Source: Balanoglossus misakiensis (Eukaryota > Animalia > Hemichordata). Taken from it: a DNA stretch of 64,000 nt. Positions 15,424 through 28,221 of this stretch are shown piece by piece. The stretch is from NCBI GenBank assembly GCA_040954595.2, contig CM082577.2, forward strand, positions 7,217,846 to 7,281,845, written 5' to 3'. Both the position numbers and the translations under genes were made by a program. Under the pieces are notes generated by a model, which saw only the letters and a list, made by a program, of their open reading frames with translations, did no database searches and was not told the DNA's origin. Numbering within the stretch: position 1 is the stretch's first letter; each line of letters opens with the position of its first letter.

Positions 15424-15879
15424 TTTTCATAAGTGCAGCTGACTAAATACTACTGTCAGATAACTACATGGAAAGAGGCAGTTCTCATAAAAAAACCTCA
15501 ATATCCAAAAAAAATCACAAATGAAATCGAATTTCATTGGAGAAGTCATTTCCCAAAGAGTGATGACGAAATGGCCAGTACAGGTCAGAAAGTGAAAGGA
15601 ATACAGACATCTGTAATTTACATATGCCCGGGCCATATGTGATCAAAAGGCATGTGTGGCTTCGAATGACCATGGAGGGGGGCGCTTTTTTGTTGCGTGG
15701 CTACCCACTGAAAATGTGTGATTGGTAACCAGTTCGTGTTCAGTCTAAAATAAGACATCGTTTCTGCGCATTCGCAATGCAATGCAATGCTACTGCGCAA
15801 GTGCAGAACCGCGACATGGGGGGGGGGGGGGATTGGGTCAGGTCATGTAGAAGGTCAACGGGAGTTCCTCATACCACGT

Positions 15880-18800
15880 TTAATCGAAAGACTTGGAATT
15901 TCTGAATGCTCTTGTGGATTCCTCAGCACTGTCTCCCTCAAACACTGTATCACCGTGACACATTGGTGTCAATGTTTGGACCAGATTGGTAAGTCCATGG
16001 ATCGACGCAATGTGTAGAAGTTCCTTGACGCCCACGGTTCCGTGGAAGTCAACGAAAGCTTCCACGAGGCCATTTCGTGTTTCCTCGGAACTCAGCGATA
16101 TGGCCGTGTCCAGTGCAGAGAACGCCGCATGCGACAGCCGAGCCCGTCCACGCTTGTCTGTCGGCTTTCTGGCGTAACATGCCTTCAAGAAGTAACACAA
16201 GTTTTCTTGGTCGCAACCGATATCTTCTAGGCTGTCGCTGGTGTTGTAGAAAACTGTTCTCAACATTCGTTTCTGAACTTCTGTCATTTCGACTCCACGG
16301 TCTAGAATCCAGTGATACAACTTCGTGTGTTCTTCCGGCAGTGCAAGCCTATCCATCACTTTCGGTCTGGTGCTCGGAATCAGCATTTTATTCTCGGACA
16401 AGTCGGCCCCTTTCAGCAACTCATTGGACCATCCGAAGCTGCAAGTTCTGAGACAGTGAAAACAGGTGAGGTCTGCCTCCTGTGTGTGACTTCCTACATG
16501 TTCATCGAACGAGGGAGTGGCGTCAATGACGTCAGCTAACAACCGGGCGCGACCGGTAGCGCAGATACATGCCGCGAGGACTTCTTTACTTTGAGTGGCA
16601 TCTGGACCGAGCATTCTCTTCAAATTTATAATCAAACCATCACTTGCAGCAGATTCAAACGCGGTCAGCAAAAAGTCCTCATCTGTATCACGGGGTAACT
16701 CCGCACCGTAGTCTATCAATTTTTGTACGCACTCCCATTGGTTATCGCATACCGCACAATGCAGTATACCGCTGGAGCGCTCCCAAGTGCACATGTTCAG
16801 TATGTCGTGTCTGTCGGACTCCTCATGTTTGTCAAGGAGGAGGTCAATTATATCTGTACACCCTCGTTTGACTGCAGCCCGTAGGATACTACAAAAGTAT
16901 ACACGCCTGTGCTCATCCCCGGCGTTCCAGTAATGACGCATATCAACGCAAGCGGCAATCATCATGTCTTTTGCTGCACCGACCGCCCCTTGTGCTATTA
17001 ACCTAGGAATATAGTAATCTAGTCGGAAGGTACGCGGTGAATAGAGGTTCAGGGTGGTCAGAGATTGGCTTTCATTTTCTTTGACATCCTCGTTTGCTTT
17101 CAAGTGGCGCTGCAACCATCTGAATGTTGGACGAACGACTCCATCCCCCAATAGTTCTGATAACAAACCACAGTGGTTAGCCAAGGAGCCATTTTCCTCC
17201 TGTTCAATCTCGCACAGCTGCTCATACAGCCTTCGGTTACCTGCGCCCAGCGCGTAGGCAGCTGGTGTCAGGCCACAGTCATCTGCGGCAGCCCCACCTT
17301 CAACGCCAACGCCAACTCTGGCAAGAGTGTCCATCGCATCTTGCCACCCAAAGAAACCAACAACGTGGTACAAGGAGAGCGGGTTTGGCGCGGTCGGATG
17401 TTGGATTAATTCAATCACCGATTTTTGCTTTGCAGCTTTGTCCACAAGCCACACCAAGACGTCGCGGTGTGCCTTCACTGCGGCTATTTCCATTATGCCC
17501 GGAGAAGGGAGTTTCTCGAAGGGGAAAGTGTGCGGTCCTTCCCATAAGTGAGAAACGCTCAGAGTGTCGCTGGGGTCAAGCCCCCAATTTTCACACAGGT
17601 GGGACAACACTGATACGTGTCCGGCCAACGTGCTCACATACAGCAACTCCAACGGATTGAAATGTCCAGACAGAGCTTCCCTTGCATTACTTATTCCACC
17701 CGCTGCATTCTCGAGACATTTCAGGGTCTCGATCTTCCCACTATGGCACGCCCAGTGAAAGGCAGTCCAGTGAGAGCGGTACTTCCGGATTTTTCTGCCA
17801 CTCAGTCGCATCTCCAATACAGACCCACGTTCGTGGCTCACACCCCAAAGGAATTTCACTCCCGCACCTTCTTGGTTGCCAGAGTCTCCAAATATTGCAA
17901 GTTTCTCATCCGCAAAATTGAACTTGCTAAAGACATCACATTCTTTGGTCTCAAGAAGCACTTCGACCATCTGGACATGACCCTTCTTGCAGGCAGTATG
18001 TAATGCCAATACAAGTGAATGCTTCAATGCAGGGTCACGGCCACCCTTCATGTCTAAACGTGATATCAACTTTTTAACTACCCGGATCTGATTTTCTTCT
18101 GCTCCTTGAACAATGACTGACAAGATGACCATCTTGTCAAGCTGTACATTGAACGTGTCCAGTAAAGAGTACAGCGCGTCCCATAGTGTGTAACTAATGC
18201 ACGATACTACCATATCGCGCGCTGTTCCGTCACTTACACTTTGCAAAATGGCGTGAAGACACTCTGCGATCTTTGGTTGTGGGATATTCAACATCACGGA
18301 GACTCGAGCGAAATCATGGAATACTCTCAGCCTGTGGAATGGTTCGTTCTCAGACGGTTGGTCGCTGGTCACGTTAGCTAGAGCAGCACTGATATCGAAT
18401 CCATCAGCCAGGAATTCCTTGGCGCCAGCGTCTTCGCTGAATATGTTTAAAGCAAGTAGCAATACCTCGTCTGTTGTGAGCTTGCCGCTCATTTTGGGGA
18501 GCAATAGTTTTGTCACACTCTTCCAGTCATGATATCTGTCTGTCGAGTCTAAAGAGAAACATTTTGCAGTTATTGATTCTCTGATCTGTCGTGGAGGCAA
18601 GGTGGACTTATCGGGCACCTTGGGATTAATCGGGGACCCAGCTTTCATTAGATGCCACATGATCGTGCTTGCAAGGAGTGGCGACGTCCCAACGTTGGGG
18701 TCGGCGCCATTTTCGAGGAGACACTTGGCCGTCTCTCCGTTGCCCGTTGCTGCTGCGTAGAACAATGGCGACATGTTTGAAGAGTCGAGTTGGTTTAGAA

Positions 18801-21800
18801 ATTCTTTCCTGTATCCGATGATTTGTTTCAACGTGCCGGCGTCCCCGACGGCGGCAACTGCGTGAAGCAGCGTTGCGCGGTTCTTTCCCGAGCACACGGC
18901 CAAACGAAACAGGCGACGCACCTGTTTCATAGCCTGCACATCTTCTGCAGTGGGCGGCCGTTTCACCTGATCCCGCGGTGGGCGAAAGAAATCCTCCGTC
19001 TGAGACTCACGGGGCATGCTCTTGGCCTTAATTTTGATCACTGTTTTGACCTCTGTCATAGTTTTAACCTGCTGTTTTGCTTTAGTCTTCCCCTTCTCTG
19101 CCTTCGTCATAAATTTCACATCCTTTCGCTTGAAGACTGCTTCATATACACCACAGCTGCCATATTTTTCACTGATGACCACATTGCCCATCAACTTCCC
19201 TTTTCGGCTTTTCAAATTGTCTGTCAACAGTGTGTCTTGCTTGAGTATTGTTTGCATTTCATCCTTTGGGCGATATGTAATACGCCGCCTTCCAAGTGGA
19301 AAAACCGTATAATTTTGATTCTTTGACTTGAATGTTCGAAAAGTCAGCATGAAACTGTACATGTCACTTTTGCATTTCAGTGGACAGGATCCGTACAAGA
19401 TGAGACACTTGGCAACAGCCCACTGGTGAAACGCTATTGCATACCACAATGGCGTTCTACCGAAGTTGTCAGCCACGTCAAAGCCGGAGTTTTCCCTTGC
19501 AGACTCTTCCTTTAGAATAAGCTCAATGTGGTTAAGTTTCCCCGATTTAGCCAGGTGGTGAACGAGAGTCATCCCATGTCCGCCCAGAACAAGTTTATCC
19601 TTTACTGGCAACTCCCGGAAGAGCTCACAATTCATTATTGTTTCCAGCAGAGACCATTCACAAATAGCGGCAGCATGAAGTGCTAATTCGACCAGGCCAG
19701 AGGCATCGGTCGCGATTTTCTGTTCTAGAAGGACGCTGAGACACTTAAATGCGCCTTCTATGCATTTGGCGGTCTTGCCAGCTGTAAAGGCGATCATAGT
19801 TTCCACTGTAACTTGTTCAAGTGGAATTGGGTTTGTTACAGTTGGTTCATCAAAGCATCTGACCAACTGTGAAAGGGTCAGTCTTCGAATTAAGCAGTTT
19901 AAGTCAAACCCTGCTCTTATGAAAAGTTGAAGAACTTTCTCATCATGCAACTGGCATATCAGTAATGCCATGATTTGTGCCAGGCCGTTGTCAGCTATGT
20001 CACCTGGGTTCTTTTCAAGCAGGAGGGACAATACAGCTAACCATTCGTTCTTTCCAGCGATCATGGTTTCCGGAAGAAAACGCCGTTGCTCATATACAAG
20101 AAGTGAAATTGATTTCCGGTACACAGCTGCAACAGAGATCAAATTCTCAGTTGTCAGCTGTGCATCTGTGAACCACTCCTTTACTGCATTTACCCAGTCT
20201 GTGTTCAACTGATCTTGAACGTCACGGTCAACGTTCTCTCCCAAAGCCGTTTCAAACCTTATCCCTTTCAACCTTGACCGCTTATCTGTATTGTGTTGCG
20301 AGTGGACATCTTCTTCTGACAGTCCTTTGTAGCTGATATAGTAGGCCAGTAGTGTAGCCAGCACTGCCGGGGATCTGGGAACCAGACTTGGGTCCTTTTG
20401 CAGTAGACGTTGTACAGTGCCTTTGTTACCAGCTGCAGAAGCATAGACTAAAGGAGTGCGGCCCACGTTGTCGGGCGAGTTGATCAGATCAGGCCTCAAA
20501 TCGAGGATGGCTTCGACATACTCCAGATGATCCATTGCCACGGCAATGTGGAGGATGGAGTTCGAACTGCTTGCTGCTCTGCAAGCTAGCCTGAACAACA
20601 TTTTGACCTCCTTATATTGCTTTCCTTCCAAGCGCGTCACTGTTTGTGGCGCACTTTTGCACACGTCACCACCTTTGCTTACTTCACTCGTCTCATGCTT
20701 CGAAGACGATTTGAGATTTTGGGAATCGCTTCCTTGTATCTTGACCTTCTTCCCTCTCTTTTCAATATCCTGTTTATCCTTATTAAACACAACCTCTGAA
20801 ACAGACACACTTCCATATGTGAACATGTAAGCCTTTCTTCTTCGTAATTGTGTTCCTTCTGACTGTGTGTGCATGTGTACTGTGCGCAAGAATATGTCAG
20901 ATGGTGGAACGTCAGCTTTGTTGAAGCGACACAAAAAGACATCCGGTGAACCTTTGGAAAGCACTGGACTAGAGTTACAAAGTAGCAAGAGTTTTGCTAC
21001 TTCCCACTGTTGAAAGGCAAGTGCATACCAAACGGGCGACCTGCCACTGAGATCAACCTTGTCGTATGCTCCATCACTACTCACGCTGCTGTCGCGAAGC
21101 AGGGAGTCGAGGTGACTGTGATTCCCAGCCATTGCCAGGTAGTGGACAGCAGACTTTCCGTGCCTGTCTTCGACTAGCTTATCTGTGCCTGGCAAATCCT
21201 GAAACTGTTTGCACGCAACTATTTTGTCGAACGTCACCCAATCTCCCCCCGCAGCAGCTTCTACTGCTAGTGTGGCCAGGGAGGAAACGTTGCCAATGAT
21301 GTTCTCTGCCAGAAGAACAAGGAGACACTTAAAAGCGCCACCGATACTATTGGAATTCTGACTAGCTGTTGAGATAATTAACTTGTCTGCAGAGATGGGC
21401 TCAGTCGGGATGGTTTCAGGTGTCCCCTCCTCGTCAGAACTCTTCAGGAGCAATCGTGGAAGAACCAGTTGTTCAAGAGAGTTTCTGAGATCAAATCCAG
21501 CTCTCAAGAAAAGCCGAAGTATTTGCTCGTCGTGCAGGAGACACATGATGACTCCCAAAAAGGGCATAATTTCCGTGTCGACTACAAGTTCAGGGTGTGT
21601 TTCCAGAAGGAGCGACAGTACAGCCATCCATTCACCCTTCCCAACATGCAAGGTTTCTGCGAGAAGATTTCTCTGTTCGTATATGAACAAGGAGACTGCT
21701 TTCTGACAGAAAGCCACAGAGTGCATTTTCGCAGTCAACTCTGCATCTTTCAAAGAGGAAGATAGTTCAACCTCCCAGTGTGAGTGATTCTCACCCTTTA

Positions 21801-24800
21801 CATATCTTCCACCATTATCTTTCTTCATGGGCTCATCACAGTATATCCCGACCGATTTCAACCTTTTGTCCATACTGTGCTGTGAATGGATATCATTCTG
21901 TGACAACCTTTTGTGGCTGACGTAACAGGCAAGGAGTGTGGTCAGCACTATCGGCGACCCAGTAACGCAGGATAATTTGCTTTGGAGCATATGTGCAACA
22001 ATGTCTTTGTTGCCAGCTATGGAAGCATAGAACAGAGGTGTCCTTCCCCAGTGATCAGGGGTATTGACAAGGTCGGGCCTGACGCTGAGAATTGCTTGGA
22101 CGTATTCCATGTGCGCCGCGGATGCAACGACATGGAGGAGAGATTTTCCACTGTTCGCTGCACTTGATGCAAGTTTGAGCAGAAATCTTGCCTCTTGGTA
22201 AGTCTTACCTTTGTGTGACGTGGGTGGTTGTGCTGCGGCTTTGGTGATTTTACCAGCATCACTGCTGACATCTTCAGCGGTCGTGATCGCCTCCCCTGAA
22301 GATTTTCCAAGGTCGTGGCCGTCTCCTGTCTTATCTACTGATTTGGTTTCACTGGTTTTGTTAAAAACGAATTCCGCGACTTGCAACCCCCCGAAATATG
22401 CCAGGTGCGACTTCCTTTTACTTTCTGCGGGCTCGCATGGTCTACACGTGCCCGCACCCGTGAGCAAACAATCATCACTCTTTGGGATGTCAACTTTCCT
22501 GAATCGATGCATAAACACATCCATTGAGGCTTTTGGCACCAATGGATTGGAGTTATATAGTAATAAGAATCTGGCTACTTCCCAATGCTGGTTTGCGATG
22601 GCATACCACAATGGAGAGAGCCCCTGTACCTCGTTGATAGCATCATTGATACCCTGGGACAAGATTCTCTTTAACATACCAAACTGACCAGCCCTTGCCA
22701 TATGGTGTATAATAGTCTGGTTAAAGTCATCGACGGCAAGCTTTCTCTCTACCTCCATACCAGTAAATTCTTCGAGTTCTGTCAGTTTATCAACGGTCTT
22801 CCACATGTCTCGCCCGGCAGCTTTGATTACAAGCGGAAGCAAATCATCGCTGCCCAACATCTCCGCCATCTTCTTATTTGCTATGCAGTGATGTATCACT
22901 TCGAGTGCGACCGTTTCATTCTTTTCGTCGATACAAATTTCAAGGCAAGTTCTGAGGAGAGAAAAAAATGTTACGATGAAAATGATACATTAACATTCGC
23001 TTTGCAAGATACAAACTGCAACATGTATTTGCTATATTGATTTATACTGTGGCGTGAATTGAATTGGTTTTGCTAATTGATAGAATCCACTTCATGCAAA
23101 CCGTCCATTGGCTATGAAAACTGATACAATGACACTACGTGCAAACACTCACTTTCCTTTGAAGCGGATGGTGGCGTCTTCTCCTTCCTGCAATAGGACT
23201 GCGACAGTTGATTTGTCTCCAGCTCTACAGGCCCTATGGATTGCGGGACCATGTTGTGGGTGAGTCATCTTGTACTCCTCCCTAAATTGTAACAAGAGTA
23301 CATGGCGATGGAATAGGTCGATAAACATTTTCAAATCATTGTATCGGTTGATGATTTTGAAAACATGGACGGGCCTGAAAACACCCACGGAAAGAGTAAC
23401 TTCACAACAAAGAGTAATCTTCTCCACATAACCATACTTACTTAGGTTTAACCAGTTGTTGTAACTTGTATTCCGCCATTTCCGAAAGCTCAGGAAGATC
23501 TATACCTGTAAATGGCAATATGATTGGATTATAATAAAGTAGTTGTATGTAATATTACATGTATACAGAAAAAAACGTACATCTAATAGATTAAGCAACC
23601 AAACAATTTGTAACCACAAATGTATACAATGTTATTAGAAGTTTCATCGCCAAACCATTTATAGAATTTTGTTGCATTTACATAAAATTATTGCTATTTA
23701 CTACATAACATACCATGTTCTCTGTACAAGCCAAGTAGAGTATCCAGTACGGCTGTTCTGCCACAGTTAACTGCAAGTTCTAATGGTGAGCGACCCAACA
23801 TGTCCACTGCCAACAAAGATTCCTGGCCCCTGCACAGAGCCAACAGCGCATCGGTGTTGCCGCGTATGATTGCTAAACACAGAGGGCTTTGAGGCACATC
23901 CGGGTCCATTTTCCCTGAGCTCCACGTGTGACATTTCTGTCTGCAGGTTTCTGACATCCTTGCAATTGGCCGCGGCTTATCTTTAAGATGGTAGGTCCAG
24001 ACATCGTCCGCTGTCTTGTAGTTTCTCGGAATCATTCCCTCCCCGCTTCGTTGGTCGTCATCTTTGGCTGTGTCGTTTGCATTGCAGATCGCATTCTCTA
24101 TCGCCCCAACGAAGGCTTTAGCATCGCTGTGGAACAGGTAGGTGTAGTGAAGCGCGGTGAGGCCGTACTTATCCGAAATAGAGACACTCAGCCTGGTTCC
24201 AAATTCTGCTACCAAGTTCAATGCCAGTGGTGGTTTGTTGTTGTGCAAGGCTGTCAGAAGCGGCGTTCTGCCGCAGTTGTCTTGCAAATCCGCGGCTACG
24301 TCGGTTCTCTCGAGAAGCACGTGTGCGATTTCAGAGCATCCCCGTTGACATGCATAGTGCAGTGGCGTGGAGCCTCTCCAGTCTCTCGCATTGGGATCGG
24401 CTCTGGCGTCGTCGAGCAGGTATCGCACCATGCCCCGGTCGTCGTTCTGCACGGCTTCGTGGAGCGCAGTGCGGCCCATGTAGTCAAACCTGGAGATCTC
24501 CACCCCGGTCTCGATAAAATGCTCCACGAGTCGTTTCTCCCCGCGAGCTGTGATCCACCCGAGGAATCTTTGGTTCGTGAGCGTGTCACGGCACGCTTCC
24601 AAAATCCTCAGTGTTTCGTCCTCTTGTCCGATTCCGTTACTGCTGAGCTGTTTGGTGAAAACGGCGCGGGTTGCGTCGTCAAAGCTCATGCAGGGACTTC
24701 GAAGAAGGGCAATGATGATATCGGTATGCTTTCTTTCAAGAGCGTGGAGAATTGCGTGGCAAAGGTGTCGCTGCTCGCTGGTGTCCACTAATAGCTTTTC

Positions 24801-27800
24801 AACCACACCGACATTGCCCTTTCTGCTGGCAATGCACAGTGGGGTGCATCCACTGACATCTTCAATATCTTTGCGGGCGCCTTTGACAAGGAGTACATCT
24901 ATGGCACGGTCACACTGTGCTTCTGCGGCTTCGTGCAGTAGCGTCCGACCGAGTAAATCATACGCGTTTACGTCACCGAGCAAGTCAACCACTTTTTCCA
25001 AATCCCCTGTCCTGTCCTCCGCGATCATTGCAGATGCCACGTGCTTGGCGACATCTCTAGGAAGCTGCTGGCTGTCACTGAAGTGAGATTCCCAAAATTT
25101 CAGAGGTAGTCTCTTCAAGAGGGTCAGGGGTGTGTTACCGTTGACATCTCTCCTACCTTTAATGCTCGCTCCACTCCGAATCAAAAGCGCGACGGTTGAG
25201 AACTTCTTGTAGTAGATTGCTAAGTGTAATGCTGTCCTATCATTAATATCCTGAGAATTGACATTGCCAAGGTTGTTGATCAGATACTTGACCGTAGCGT
25301 CGTGTCCATTTGCTGCAGCATAATGAAGGGGCGTGGCATTTCTGGAGTCTATCAGGTAATCTGAAGGCAGCGGTTTGAACGTCGATAGTATCGTGTGTAC
25401 TACATCCGTCATACCATAACTCGCTGCCCCATGCAAGCCTGAAACAGAGCAAAAATGACACCAATCGGTGAACACACTGATCTCCATAGGTTATGCTTCA
25501 CAAGAAAACAATGACGTAGCTGATCTTTTTGCATTAAAATTCATCATTGGTAAACCTTACCAGCTGGGGTAAGCGCCATCATGGATGAGTTTTGATCGAA
25601 TGGTATAAATGCGAAACCACCACTCGGCACATCACTCCCTTCAATCCTCGATGGCCCAAGCAATTCCATGACTTCCGCGGCGTCGGTGCCTTCGGGTACG
25701 GCCACTACATTCACGACACCCGCAAATGTGAAACATCTCTCTTTCCACGTGGCCTTTTGGTATTCGATTCCGTGGTACCGGCACTTGTCGCGTAAACCCC
25801 AAACGGGCAACTTGGGGAGCACGTGAAAGACTGAGAGGGATGGTTCTTTTGACCTCGGGATCGGGTGCCCCCTGCGCAGAAAGAAAAATTTGTCATCTGT
25901 CATCTTTTCTTTCAAATGTTGTCTGCAGTCGTTCAGTGTCGTTGTTTCGTCGGCACGCAGGATGACCTCTTCGAACGTGGACTTTATTGCACGCTCCTCT
26001 TCCTCGGTTGATTCGGTGTCTTCCTTGTCTTGATCCGTCTGTTCGTGCTTCAAGTGAGAACCTTCCCTTTCGGTTGTGGCAGCTGTGTTTCTCTTGGTGA
26101 CCGTATCATCACCCTTTGCAACTGTTTTTCTGCCTTCAAACGCCTGCACGTGGCTGCTATCTCCACTGCCAGACTTGGCGTCCGGTGAAGCTGGGGACGA
26201 GATGCGACTGCCTTGACTTTCTAACGATGTTTGAGCGGCTGTCTCTCCGCTTGATAGCGATGGGCCACTGGTCTCTTCGTCATCTGCTACCGCATTTGGT
26301 AAAACAACGAGTGCATCTTCCTGGTGGTTGGAGGTCTGTTCATGTTCTGCCACTTCATTCACTTCACCGTTGAAGATATCAACTACGACAGAACGGAGGA
26401 TACGAAAACTGACGTGAATCGATTTGGGCGCGTCTTCTCCAGTTGTTTCACCGGGTTCCTGGGCACGATCTTCCTCGGTCTTGTCGCCTGTTTCCTCCGG
26501 AAGAACGGCAGCATAGATCAGTGGTACCAGTGTCATTTTCTTTCCCTTCCACTCGAAAATGCTGTATTCCACCCCTTTGAACTTGACTTCCTTCTCTATA
26601 GGATCGCCAGGTACCCTTTTCAGCAGCTGGCAGATTGACAGCCTGCTTTCGCTTTCTTCTCTAATCACCCTCCCTTTCTTCAGGAACCGAAGTCGAACTT
26701 TGGGGAAAGTCTCTGCCACTTTCTGTCTGCATTGGTCAAGGGTCGCCTTCACATCTACTGGAAACGACACGTCCTCGCAAGGGAATGCAGACGGGTCGAT
26801 AAGACCACCCTTGTCATGTTCGTATTCGTCTGAGTAATCGCACCGTAAGATGCGACACTTTATGTTAATTTCGCGACTCTCTGTTGTAGCTACAGCCGGA
26901 ACTGCTTCCGAGTCTCTTGTGTGTGCGTCTATCGCGTCTGGTTGCGAAGCAGGCGGTATATCTGCAGCAGCATCTGATGATAAGAATACATAGTATGGTT
27001 TATAACAGTTTGGAAATTAGACTATCATAGCCTCTTTATCCACCTTAATCTGCAGCGCATAACGGACCCTGCCTGTTTGTTTTGTTTCTGTTTCTACGGT
27101 AACCAGGCGCACAAACAGTTTTGCTCGCCAGGTCGACAAATCGTTTGGTAGTCAGACAAGATCGGCAGTATAATAAAAACAGACTGTCAGTTGTGGTAAC
27201 ATAGTAGGCCTATAGTGCACTTTGAACTTTATTTTGTCAATGCTCAGGCATGATTGGTGTATATGCGTTAACAAGTTAAGGAAGATTGATCGCGCGCGTA
27301 CAGCAAGATAACGGCGAGCGCGTCCCCAGATGCATGTTTTTTTTTTTGAGGTTTTGTTCCTCATTTCGTACTTAATAAATTACATTAAAACTGAGTTTAA
27401 AGTTCGGTGAATGTTTAGTTCTTAATGTGAGCATAATCATTCAAGAGAGAAGCATATTGGAGAAGCACGATCGATGGTAATACGTGATGAATAAACTTGC
27501 ACATTTTCATGCAATGGGTTCGAACGCGGAACATGACAAACGGCCGATTTTCGGTTTCCTGACGTGTTTTTGTGTGCATTCATGTACATGTATACACTGA
27601 CTGTCTATAGCGCATGTGGATTTACTGAGTTTGCATTTGGAGTTTGTGCGGATTAATACTTGCCTCTTGGTCGCGATCGTGGCTGGGTCGTAATCACCTG
27701 TGAACTCGTTTCTTCTGGCGGCATCCAGGCTGATTTTAATTGAAAAGAAAAGAGAAATGTCATAAGAAAAGTTCAACATAGGAAGTAGAGCACTGATTTG

Positions 27801-28221
27801 CGCATGTCTGTGACGCAATCATTGAAACGTGCCACAGGTGACAGAGAAACCCTGCGTCACAATAGGCCGTGTAGCTCTCCCGACCGACACCCAAAACAAA
27901 ACAGAATAAAGTTTCAAACGGAGTAGCTTTTATCAAATAAATGAGTGGTTTTTGCATTTGTCTTGTAAATTTCATTTGACCGGACCAACGAATTGCCGAA
28001 AATGAAGTCTGAGTACAGGCGAAAAGAAACGAAAAGACACGTCCATTGGCACAGTTGATTAGTGAAAGTGATCAAAATCACATCAGATGCTTTACCGGTC
28101 AGGTCTTTTTTAAAACAGCAAAATAAAAAAAAATTGATCACCGTACCTAATTTTGGCTCAGGTCTTGGTCGGTCAATGTCACCAGGGACACTCGAGGCGG
28201 TTTTGAAAATATGCAGCCCAT
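15880..28221 (-). CDS. Giant ankyrin-repeat protein, paralog B (3487 aa from the exon-2 ATG; 3514 aa if a 1-nt deficit in exon 1 is repaired)
   Basis: Exons: 28221-28147 (MGCIFSK..., ends in TAG as assembled), 27729-27664 (GC donor AG|GCAAGT, ATG at 27724), 26973-25561, 25438-23714, 23505-23442, 23281-23153, 22951-15880. Exons 2-7 join in frame (intron phases 1,1,1,2,2). Many ANK motifs (GRTALHEAVQ, GSTPLHYACQRG, GRTPLLTALH, GRTPLFYASIAG, GRTPLWYAIAF). Confidence 0.85.

Noticed and set aside
23988-24791. 267-aa plus-strand ORF antisense to the ANK exon
   Set aside because: Antisense shadow of a GC-rich coding exon; no domain features.
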